Part shown: one piece after another, positions 33,262-41,150 of the stretch
How the letters are laid out: each line of letters opens with the position of its first letter
Position numbering within the stretch: position 1 is the stretch's first letter
NCBI GenBank assembly: GCA_028712565.1
Contig: JAQTPW010000002.1
Coordinates: 35,601 to 99,600 of the forward strand
Source of the DNA: Minisyncoccota bacterium
GTDB taxonomy: Bacteria; Patescibacteriota; Minisyncoccia; Minisyncoccales; JAQTPW01
DNA: 64,000 nucleotides
Direction of reading: 5' to 3'
The notes under the pieces: model-generated
The model's database searches: none
Told to the model about the DNA's origin: nothing
The model's input: only the letters and a program-made list of their open reading frames with translations
Program-made: the position numbers and the translations under genes

Positions 33262-35691
33262 ATGAAAAAGCAAAAATATAACCCCTCTTTTATTTTAATA
33301 TTTTTTTCAGTTTTTTTTACACTGGCAGTTTTTTTTGTTTTTAGTAATTTTGCCAATGCTCAGGAATTGATCTGGGAACAGGTAGAAAATATTGTTGGGG
33401 GCAAACAAAATGATGAGGCGCCTTATGGCGCAGTTGTAGACAATACTTATCTTTATTTAGTTGGCTCTGATTTCAACACGCCCTATACTTACGACTCCCA
33501 ATGGCGAGTTGAAAAAAGGGACAAGTCAAATGGCAGCTTGGTTTCTTTCAAGGTTATAAACTTTTTAGATAGCGGGCTGACAGATCTTGCAGCCGGAGTT
33601 GCCGCAGACGATAATTATCTTTATATAATTGGCACAAGATATTTCGGCAGCTTTAATTGGCGCATTGAAAAAAGGCGGAAATCTGATTTGATTGTTGAAA
33701 GTTATAAACATGCAAATACGGGCGAAGGCAGGGCAATTTTCCTTAGCGGAGATTACCTATATTTGATTGGGACAGATGCAGCTTCTGGAGAGGACAGATG
33801 GAGAATTGAAAAGCGAGATAAGGCGCTGAATTTGATTTGGGGGTTAACCGTAGCTGATGACAGGGTTGAATGGAATGATATGGTAACGCCCTCCTCAATT
33901 TATGTTGATGAAAATTATTTGTATGCGGCAGGTTCTATTGGGACTACGCCGAATTCGTGCTGGAGAATTGAGAAACGGCAAAAAACAGATGGAAGTTTAG
34001 TTGGAGGTTCAACTGGCAAATGCGGCGAATTTGTTTATGTCGCGAGTATTTCAGCTGACCAAAATTACTTATATCTGGCAGGCAGAGACCAGTCGGGCGC
34101 GTCGAATGATTCAATCTGGCGGATTGAAAAAAGAAGAAAATCGGATTTGGGAATTGAATGGTTTGTAACTTCAAACGATCCGGTTGCGTATTGGCAAGAA
34201 AAAGCAACTGCTATTTTTGCCGACAGTAATTATTTGTACATATCTGGGAATTCCGGTTTGGAAGGCGAGGGTTGGCGGCTGGAAATAAGATTAAAGTCGA
34301 ATGGAAATTTAATTTTTAGCGAAACTAGCGCCGAACATTCTGAATTCCAGCAGGGAATAAAAAATTCTATTGCCCAAGATGGAGATCACATTTATATTGC
34401 GGGCCCCGATTATAGTCCATCATCGGACAGCAGATGGAGAATTGAGAAAAGGACAAAATTAAAAACTAATGTCTCTGGTTTTGCCTGGTCTGAAAACATC
34501 GGCTGGATCAGTTTCGGGAACATTTCAGGAGGAACAGTAAGTTACGGTGTAGATATAAACGAAGCAGGAGAATTTTCCGGCCAAGCTTGGTCTGAAAACA
34601 TCGGCTGGATCAGTTTTGACAAAGCCGAAACCGGAACCCCGCCCGTCGAACCTTATAATGGTTCCGAAACCTATGTCGCAAAAGTTGATTTAGAAACAAG
34701 GAAAGTTACTGGTTGGGCAAGAGCATTGTCTTATGGCTCAGACTGGGATGGTTGGATAAAACTAAGCGGCCCTGATTATGGGATTTGGATTGATGATTCT
34801 GTGGAGCCGGCAGAATTTATGAATTATACCTGGAGCGCAACTGACACATACCCCGCCGTGATAGGTTGGATAAGCTTTAATTGCAGAAATAATGACTGGT
34901 GCGTGGCTTCCGATTATAAAGTAATTACAACTTTTAATTTTAACAGCCCGCCTGAAAAACCCGGCGTCCCCGCAGAATATCCTGAAGGCGAAACTTGGAA
35001 TAATTGCCAAACCGAAGGGCTTTCTGTGCCAACTTTTTACTGGACTTACTCTGACCCGGAAAGCGATCCTCAGACAGGTTATGAAATCAGAATAGACAAT
35101 GATTCTGATTTCGCAACCCAGGACCCCGAAGAATTAACATACTCAGGAGGAGTGTCAACTTCGTATATTCCGATTCCTAGCGTTTGGGCAGATTGGATGA
35201 ATTGGGACACAAATTATTGGTGGGTAGTCAGAGTAAAAGACGACCATGAAAATTGGTCTGAATGGTCAGATGCAAATCCTTTTAAATCTCCTTTGCACGC
35301 ATCGCCTTTTGTAGATTTTACCCATTTGCCCCAAAGCCCGATAGCCGGCACGCCAGTTGATTTTTTCGACAGCTCGATATGCTATTCTTATCCCGGAAAT
35401 GCGCCATATAATTGCAAAGATAATTGCACGGGCCTTGTTTATTTGTGGGATTTTGGAGACGGCAATTTTAGTTCAGATTGCGACACTACCTCCCATGCTT
35501 TTTTGCAGGCAGGGCCTTATGACGTGAAATTATCGATTACCGACAATACTTTTCCTTCTCCGGAAATCTGCATAAAGAACGGGGACAGCCCGGTTGGAGT
35601 GCTTCCGCCCCTTCCCAAATGGAAAGAAATAACTCCCCTAATGTTTTTAAAAAAGTTTTTTGCGTCAATTTCAAATAGATTCAAATTTTAA
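33262..35691 (+). CDS. large secreted repeat protein (7x WRIEKR-type repeats, 3x GWISF motifs, C-terminal PKD-like domain)
   Basis: Signal peptide followed by repeats of the form D.NYLY..G....WR[IV]EKR.K..G.L. Then SENIGWISF (x2) and VIGWISF, and YLWDFGDG...HAF...GPYDVKLSITD (PKD). Confidence 0.7.
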   Translation: MKKQKYNPSFILIFFSVFFTLAVFFVFSNFANAQELIWEQVENIVGGKQNDEAPYGAVVDNTYLYLVGSDFNTPYTYDSQWRVEKRDKSNGSLVSFKVINFLDSGLTDLAAGVAADDNYLYIIGTRYFGSFNWRIEKRRKSDLIVESYKHANTGEGRAIFLSGDYLYLIGTDAASGEDRWRIEKRDKALNLIWGLTVADDRVEWNDMVTPSSIYVDENYLYAAGSIGTTPNSCWRIEKRQKTDGSLVGGSTGKCGEFVYVASISADQNYLYLAGRDQSGASNDSIWRIEKRRKSDLGIEWFVTSNDPVAYWQEKATAIFADSNYLYISGNSGLEGEGWRLEIRLKSNGNLIFSETSAEHSEFQQGIKNSIAQDGDHIYIAGPDYSPSSDSRWRIEKRTKLKTNVSGFAWSENIGWISFGNISGGTVSYGVDINEAGEFSGQAWSENIGWISFDKAETGTPPVEPYNGSETYVAKVDLETRKVTGWARALSYGSDWDGWIKLSGPDYGIWIDDSVEPAEFMNYTWSATDTYPAVIGWISFNCRNNDWCVASDYKVITTFNFNSPPEKPGVPAEYPEGETWNNCQTEGLSVPTFYWTYSDPESDPQTGYEIRIDNDSDFATQDPEELTYSGGVSTSYIPIPSVWADWMNWDTNYWWVVRVKDDHENWSEWSDANPFKSPLHASPFVDFTHLPQSPIAGTPVDFFDSSICYSYPGNAPYNCKDNCTGLVYLWDFGDGNFSSDCDTTSHAFLQAGPYDVKLSITDNTFPSPEICIKNGDSPVGVLPPLPKWKEITPLMFLKKFFASISNRFKF

Positions 35692-35712
35692 ATAGAAAAT
35701 ATTATACAAAAT

Positions 35713-35738
35713 AACCCCGCCCTTCGAAGGGCGGGGTT
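35713..35738 (+). terminator. rho-independent terminator
   Basis: aaccccgccc-ttcg-aagggcggggtt, followed by a T-rich tract. Confidence 0.65.
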
Positions 35739-35886
35739 TACAATTTTTACAAAATTTGCTAAGATTTATTTGTAAAATTAACCTTGGATTTTGCCCGAAA
35801 ATCAGGGCACCGGAAAATTTCCGGCTGGATTTATCAAGCATTAATTTAAAAACAAGTGTTAGATAGCCCAATTTCCATATTAAAAT

Positions 35887-37416
35887 ATGAATTCATTACT
35901 TCTATTAATTGTAGGCGTTTTAGCCTTAGGAATAGGATCAACTTTAGGGTATCTTGCCCGCCAATCAATCGCGAGAAGGAATTACCGGACCATAGAAGCC
36001 CGGCTCCAAAAGAAAATTGATCAGGCAAGGCAGGACGCTGATTTAATATTATCTCAGGCAAAAGAAAAATCATCTCTAATCCTTGAATCTGCAAAAAAGA
36101 ATGAAGATGAGAGGAGGGCAGACCTTTTGCAAACAGAAAGGCTTCTTTTAAGGCGTGAAGATGTTTTGGATGAAAAAATTTCCAATCTGGAAAAAAGGGA
36201 AAATGAGTTTAATGATAGGGTGGAAAAATTAAAAGAGATAAAAGAAAATCTGGAAGGTTTGCACAAATCCGCCCTTGAAAATTTGGAGAGAATTTCCGGG
36301 CTTTCCAGAGAAGAGGCAAAAAAAGAATTTTTGGGAAATTTGGAAAGGGAATATCAAAAAGAATTTATGGAAAGAACCAGAAAGTTGGAATCAGAGGGAA
36401 TAGAACAATTTGAAAAAAAAGCAAAAGAAATTTTAGCATTAGCCATTCAAAAACTGGCAATTAACCAATCTCAAGAAATTACAACAACTACTGTCAGCCT
36501 TCCCTCTGAAGAAATAAAAGGCAGGATTATCGGAAAAGAAGGGAGAAATATAAGGACTTTGGAAAGGTTGACCGGAGTGGAAATTGTAGTTGACGAAACC
36601 CCAGAGGCAGTTGTAATTTCCGCCTTTGATCCTATAAGAAGGCAAATTGCAAAAGTAGCTTTGGAAAAACTGATGCAGGATGGCAGAATCCAGCCGGCCA
36701 GAATTGAAGACACGGTTATCAAAGCAAAAGAGGAAATAGCAAAACAAATAAAAGACGCAGGAGAGCAGGCAGTTTATGATGTTGGGCTTTTGGGTTTGGA
36801 CCAAAAATTAGTCCAGCTATTGGGAAGGCTGCGCTTTAGAACAAGTTACGGCCAGAATGTTTTATTGCATTCAATTGAGGTGGCGCATTTGGCCGCGGGA
36901 TTGGCCGCTGAAATAGGAGCCAATGCAAAGACGGCTTTGAAAGCCGGATTGTTGCACGATATCGGTAAGGCCGTTGACCAGCAAGTGGAGGGTTCTCATA
37001 CAGATATTGGGGTTAAAATTTTGGAAAAATTCGCAGTAGAAAAAGAAGTGGTAGATGCCATGAAATCCCATCATGAAGAATATCCTTATTCCAGCTTGGA
37101 AGCTATAATAGTCCAGACAGCCGATGCCATATCCGGGTCAAGGCCGGGAGCCAGAAAAGATACTTTGGAAAATTATTTGAAAAGATTGGGAGATTTGGAA
37201 AATATTGCCACATCTTTTGCCGGCGTAGAAAAAGCTTGGGCATTGCAAGCTGGAAGAGAAATCAGAGTTTTTGTAAAGCCGGAAGAAATAGATGACTTTG
37301 GAGCAAAAAAACTGGCAAAAGAAATCGCCAATAAAATTCAGGAAGAATTAAAATACCCCGGAGAAATAAAAGTGAATGTGATCAGGGAAAGCAGAGTCGT
37401 GGAATACGCAAAGTAA
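35887..37416 (+). CDS. rny: ribonuclease Y
   Basis: N-terminal TM helix, coiled coil, KH domain (GRIIGKEGRNIR) and HD domain (LLHDIGKA). Confidence 0.9.
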   Translation: MNSLLLLIVGVLALGIGSTLGYLARQSIARRNYRTIEARLQKKIDQARQDADLILSQAKEKSSLILESAKKNEDERRADLLQTERLLLRREDVLDEKISNLEKRENEFNDRVEKLKEIKENLEGLHKSALENLERISGLSREEAKKEFLGNLEREYQKEFMERTRKLESEGIEQFEKKAKEILALAIQKLAINQSQEITTTTVSLPSEEIKGRIIGKEGRNIRTLERLTGVEIVVDETPEAVVISAFDPIRRQIAKVALEKLMQDGRIQPARIEDTVIKAKEEIAKQIKDAGEQAVYDVGLLGLDQKLVQLLGRLRFRTSYGQNVLLHSIEVAHLAAGLAAEIGANAKTALKAGLLHDIGKAVDQQVEGSHTDIGVKILEKFAVEKEVVDAMKSHHEEYPYSSLEAIIVQTADAISGSRPGARKDTLENYLKRLGDLENIATSFAGVEKAWALQAGREIRVFVKPEEIDDFGAKKLAKEIANKIQEELKYPGEIKVNVIRESRVVEYAK

Positions 37417-37439
37417 AAAAATTATAAATCATCAAAAAA

Positions 37440-37460
37440 GCGCCCGCGGGCGCTTTTTTT
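37440..37460 (+). terminator. rny terminator
   Basis: gcgcccgcgggcgc palindrome followed by ttttttt. Confidence 0.65.
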
Positions 37461-37534
37461 GGGTGACTCGGGGAGCGGGCCGCCCCGTCCAGTCAAGCTG
37501 GGCGGGCGATCCTCGCACTTTTCTTTTTAAAAAT

Positions 37535-37709
37535 GAGTATATTTACGACTTCGCTCGAACTCATTTTATCAGAAATTCCTGAAAAATCCAGTGCTCGCCG
37601 CCCGACTGGCGGCGAGCAGGAAACACCCTCGGCTCGCGGGCGAAAAATCCTTCCCCCAGCCCCTTTTCATTTTTCGCCCGCTCGCCGGAAAAATTTTTGA
37701 GGGAAAAAA
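37535..37709 (+). repeat. inverted repeat X, left copy
   Basis: 37535-37641 is the exact reverse complement of 40743-40849 (107 bp by hand alignment). The inner part is diverged but ends in a shared 27-mer. It contains the GC-rich hairpin ctcgccgcc-cgact-ggcggcgag. Confidence 0.85.
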
Positions 37710-39125
37710 TTATTTAGAAATTGTAATGTAGGTATTACTTTGACTCAAGAGTAAATTTTTAACCTCAATACCCCAACTTGATAAAATATTTACATCTCCT
37801 ATTTGAATTTTGTATTTAGCCGGTCCAATTTTAAATCTCTGAAAAAGTCCAACTGGTATGTTCCAATCAAACACTTTCTGGGAAACCAAAACATCTTTTG
37901 CGATAAGATATCTCGGCGTTAAATCGCTAGTTGGATAATATTGATAATCAATTTTTGGCTCAATATCTTTTCCGTCTTGCTGATAAGCGTACAAATAAAT
38001 ATTAACTTTTTTATTTTCTAATCCTAATTGATCCCATTTAATAGAGTATATGCCGCCTTCTCTTAATTGGTTTTCTGGTTGCAAAGCCTCTAATTTTGTT
38101 GGCTCAATAAATTTAAAAGTAGACACTGTTTGATTAAGGGTTTCTTCCATTTTTTTAGAATCTGACCCGACGGTAATTCCAATCATAAACAAATAATTTC
38201 CTTTTGCTACAAAATTATCAATAGCTTTGCCACCATTTACGCAGACAGCATTTATCCCATCAATTTCGCCTATTTTTACTTCCTTGGTTGCGCATTGCTT
38301 AGTAAAAAACGACGGCATATATTTATTTAACCATTCTTTGGTAGGAAAATTTTCCGAATTATCGTAAACTGCGATGTTTATTCCGTCCGGCAGAATCCGC
38401 ACTAGCTTGAGACAAGTGTACTCCTCCGTTCCTTGACACCACCAATAAGGCTGGCTTTCGATTTTTACCTCACTATTTTGCGGATATTTTATTTCAAAGC
38501 CATATTCCCCATTCTTGTAGGTCTGCCAAGTAACAGTTTCCCCGTCTGAAACAACCTTAAAGTAATTGGGTGATTCTTTTGTATCTTCAATCCGCCCCTT
38601 TTTATCATGGCCGGTAATAATAACTTTAAAATTATCCCCCGATTGCCAAACTGGATATGCGTTAAAAAGATCACTAGGAATGGACCAATTATAGACCCCG
38701 TCTTTGGCAGAAAAATTATCAATGATCTGGCCGTAGCAAACCTCTGTTTTAGCCATTTCAGAAGGTAAAAAGATATTTTCCATGCTGGTTGTAGAATATC
38801 TATTAAGACAATCATAATTAACTATCTGAATTCCTATTTTATCTATGCCGGTTGATTGCCATTGAATTGGATACGTGTTTCCAACTTTTAATTCGTTTTC
38901 AACTGAAGAAACCGCCAATGCGGGTTGCTTCCAGTTTTTATCGTGAAAATAAGCTATACCACTGAGTATAGAAATAACCACAATAACAATGATTATAGCG
39001 GGAAGCCAGTAACGAACGGGGATTTGGGCGTGCGTTACGCCCTCTCCTTTTCTTCTAGAAATCATCCATATTATAAAACCCCCGAGTAAAAATACTACTA
39101 AAAGAGTGATTGTTGAAGATTCCAT
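37710..39125 (-). CDS. N-terminally anchored surface protein with repeated beta-rich modules
   Basis: TM helix at the N-terminus. Two similar modules (VGNTYPIQWQSTG..DGVYNWSIPSDLF..GDNFKVIITG and EGGIYSIKWDQLG..VFDWNIPVGLF..AKYKIQIGD). Confidence 0.55.
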   Translation of the reverse strand: MESSTITLLVVFLLGGFIIWMISRRKGEGVTHAQIPVRYWLPAIIIVIVVISILSGIAYFHDKNWKQPALAVSSVENELKVGNTYPIQWQSTGIDKIGIQIVNYDCLNRYSTTSMENIFLPSEMAKTEVCYGQIIDNFSAKDGVYNWSIPSDLFNAYPVWQSGDNFKVIITGHDKKGRIEDTKESPNYFKVVSDGETVTWQTYKNGEYGFEIKYPQNSEVKIESQPYWWCQGTEEYTCLKLVRILPDGINIAVYDNSENFPTKEWLNKYMPSFFTKQCATKEVKIGEIDGINAVCVNGGKAIDNFVAKGNYLFMIGITVGSDSKKMEETLNQTVSTFKFIEPTKLEALQPENQLREGGIYSIKWDQLGLENKKVNIYLYAYQQDGKDIEPKIDYQYYPTSDLTPRYLIAKDVLVSQKVFDWNIPVGLFQRFKIGPAKYKIQIGDVNILSSWGIEVKNLLLSQSNTYITISK

Positions 39126-39140
39126 AATTATTATATTATT

Positions 39141-40196
39141 TTAGAAATTACTCTGAAAAATTACAGGGACAATTAATGGTGAAGGTGGAGATACGTGAGT
39201 AGCCGGCCAGTCGCCAAAAATCTCAATAGTCCCTTTTTTAGATAACGGGGAAGAAAAAGAAACAGTTTTACTAAAGGGACAAAATAGTCTTGCATAATCA
39301 CAATTTTCGCAATCGCAATTTTCAATTTGAGTAGTTGTAAAGGTAGAAACCAACTCTTTGCCAGTTTCGTCCTTTATTTTAATATAAACCGTACCTTCAA
39401 AGGTGCTTGCCTTGCCTTCAATCTCAACCGGATTGAAAACTACCGAATTTGGTTGAGGTTGATCAACTACAATAAATTTTTGAAATGTTTCTTCTCCACT
39501 ACCGATTGTTTGTTCTTCATTTTCGCCCGTTTCTTCCGACACGCCAAAATACTGCAAAGCCAAAATTCCTAATCCTCCAAATACTAAAATGGCAATAATT
39601 ACAATAATTAAAGTCTTCTTTATCGGTCGAGTTTTCTCTGCGTATTGAATTTCAGGCGATGCTTTTGATAATTTTATAAGAAAATGATGCACCGAAAAGA
39701 AGCTAATAAATGACAATACTACTAGCAGTATAATCAAAAGTATAAATAATATTATTATCCAAGCAATAGGTATGCCCGTAAACTTCCCTGTTAAAAAATC
39801 TAAAAGAATAAGGAAAATATTGATTGAAATTATCCAAATTATAGTAGTCTTAGCTATTTTTTCAATTTGTTGAAAATCAATTTGAAAACGTTTTGCCACG
39901 GATTTAGCACCATATATGCTGCCAAGGAAACTTCCGATAGCTACGGCTAAAATCAAATAAAGAAGACTTATAATATTTGTATTGCCTGGCTCAATGTTAA
40001 ATATAAAAACAAGAACAAACGCAAAGGCAAGCCAAGTTAAAAAAGCAGTGAGTAAAATCTGCTGAGCAATAAAAAAACTGATTTTATTAACGGAAGCAGG
40101 GACTGCCATAACTTTTTTCCTATCTATTATATATTTCACAGGTAAAATAATTACCGCAAGGATAATTATAATGAAAAAGATTGCAAAAAGAGGCAT
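39141..40196 (-). CDS. polytopic membrane protein with C-terminal Gmad2-like Ig-fold domain
   Basis: About 6 TM helices. The C-terminus is VVDQPQPNSVVFNPVEIEGKASTFEGTVYIKIKDETGKEL...GTIEIF. Confidence 0.55.
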   Translation of the reverse strand: MPLFAIFFIIIILAVIILPVKYIIDRKKVMAVPASVNKISFFIAQQILLTAFLTWLAFAFVLVFIFNIEPGNTNIISLLYLILAVAIGSFLGSIYGAKSVAKRFQIDFQQIEKIAKTTIIWIISINIFLILLDFLTGKFTGIPIAWIIILFILLIILLVVLSFISFFSVHHFLIKLSKASPEIQYAEKTRPIKKTLIIVIIAILVFGGLGILALQYFGVSEETGENEEQTIGSGEETFQKFIVVDQPQPNSVVFNPVEIEGKASTFEGTVYIKIKDETGKELVSTFTTTQIENCDCENCDYARLFCPFSKTVSFSSPLSKKGTIEIFGDWPATHVSPPSPLIVPVIFQSNF

Positions 40197-40223
40197 GATT
40201 GTTTATTGTTTTAATATTACCAT

Positions 40224-40252
40224 ACTATACCTCAAAAATAGCCTTTAGACAA
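40224..40252 (-). promoter_or_regulatory. sigma70-like promoter for 39141-40196
   Basis: Minus strand TTGTCT, 17-nt spacer, TATAGT, about 25 nt upstream of the ATG. Confidence 0.45.
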
Positions 40253-40253
40253 G

Positions 40254-40285
40254 TATAAAAAAGCCCCTCGATGCTATCTCGGGGC
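40254..40285 (-). terminator. terminator after 40308-40613
   Basis: Minus strand gcccc...ggggc stem followed by tttttt. Confidence 0.45.
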
Positions 40286-40307
40286 TTTTCAGCACTCCAG
40301 AAAAGGA

Positions 40308-40613
40308 CTACTTTAGCAAGTTTTTAGGCAATTTTACTACTTCTCTGAAATATATCTTGGATCCTTTGACTTCGTTATCGCTTATACGAATTAAGTGTTT
40401 CCCGCAATCACAGAGAAAGAGGCCGTTCTTTTCCGGAAATTCGCCACAACAAGCGGGTGGCTTCCGACCAATGCTGTTCTTAGCAGTCTTAATGCCATCG
40501 TCCCACCTCTCAAATCCCTGGAAGACAATCTTGGCGTAAAATGTGGTCTTTAATCTAAGATTTCCAACCCTTACATCTTCCTGAAGAACAACTGTATTCC
40601 TTATTCTTTTCAT
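40308..40613 (-). CDS. small 4-Cys (zinc-ribbon-like) protein, unknown function
   Basis: 101 aa containing ACCGEF...CDCGKH. A strong RBS (aaaggagg) and promoter lie upstream. Confidence 0.5.
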   Translation of the reverse strand: MKRIRNTVVLQEDVRVGNLRLKTTFYAKIVFQGFERWDDGIKTAKNSIGRKPPACCGEFPEKNGLFLCDCGKHLIRISDNEVKGSKIYFREVVKLPKNLLK

Positions 40614-40637
40614 TTTTTCCTCCTTTTATGATTTAAA

Positions 40638-40666
40638 ATTGTACCTTATTTATTCAAAATTGTAAA
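40638..40666 (-). promoter_or_regulatory. sigma70-like promoter for 40308-40613
   Basis: Minus strand TTTACA, 17-nt spacer, TACAAT. Confidence 0.45.
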
Positions 40667-40673
40667 GGTTTCA

Positions 40674-40849
40674 TTTTTTTCCTCAAAAATTTTTCCGGCG
40701 AGCGGGCAAAAAATGGAAGGGTTTTAGGGGAGGAAATTTTTTGCCCGCGAGCCGAGGGTGTTTCCTGCTCGCCGCCAGTCGGGCGGCGAGCACTGGATTT
40801 TTCAGGAATTTCTGATAAAATGAGTTCGAGCGAAGTCGTAAATATACTC
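40674..40849 (-). repeat. inverted repeat X, right copy
   Basis: Reverse complement of 37535-37709. Confidence 0.85.
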
Positions 40850-40983
40850 CACGATAAAACTTTTCGGCTTTTTGGAAGCCATTTCACGGGCGGCGCAAAG
40901 CGCCGCCCAGTGCGTTTTAAGAGGGAAATCCGTTCCGCTCGGCGCGCTCTGGCGCGCCTCGCGGTTTAGTAAAATGAGGTTCG
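40847..40983 (-). repeat. inverted repeat Y, left copy
   Basis: Exact reverse complement of 42538-42674 (137/137 by hand alignment). It overlaps the X copy by 3 nt. Confidence 0.9.
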
Positions 40984-41007
40984 TTGAGCGATTTTTAAAA
41001 AGAATTT

Positions 41008-41034
41008 TTGCTTTTTATTTTGGCGTGGTATAAT
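41008..41034 (+). promoter_or_regulatory. extended -10 promoter for the recombinase
   Basis: TGgTATAAT at 41026-41034 with a weak -35 (ttgctt). Confidence 0.4.
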
Positions 41035-41150
41035 GAAGTTGCGACAAACAGACCAACGAATTTTTTAATGGCCGTCTTCGGAACAATCCAATTCGTTGGG
41101 TTTGTCGCACCGAGGGCGGCCATTTAAGTTTTAATAACTAATCAAAATAT

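Noticed and set aside
37461-37534. A GC-rich stretch left of the element, containing ggagcggg, which matches 8 nt of the tRNA-Gly 3' end (a possible old att remnant).
   Set aside because: An 8-nt match in GC-rich sequence is not significant, and there is no further tRNA-like similarity.
40654-40887. A 77-aa minus-strand ORF within the inverted repeats.
   Set aside because: It lies entirely within the X'/Y' repeat DNA. The identical sequence at 37535-37641 has no equivalent gene context. There is no RBS, and the composition is that of GC palindromes.
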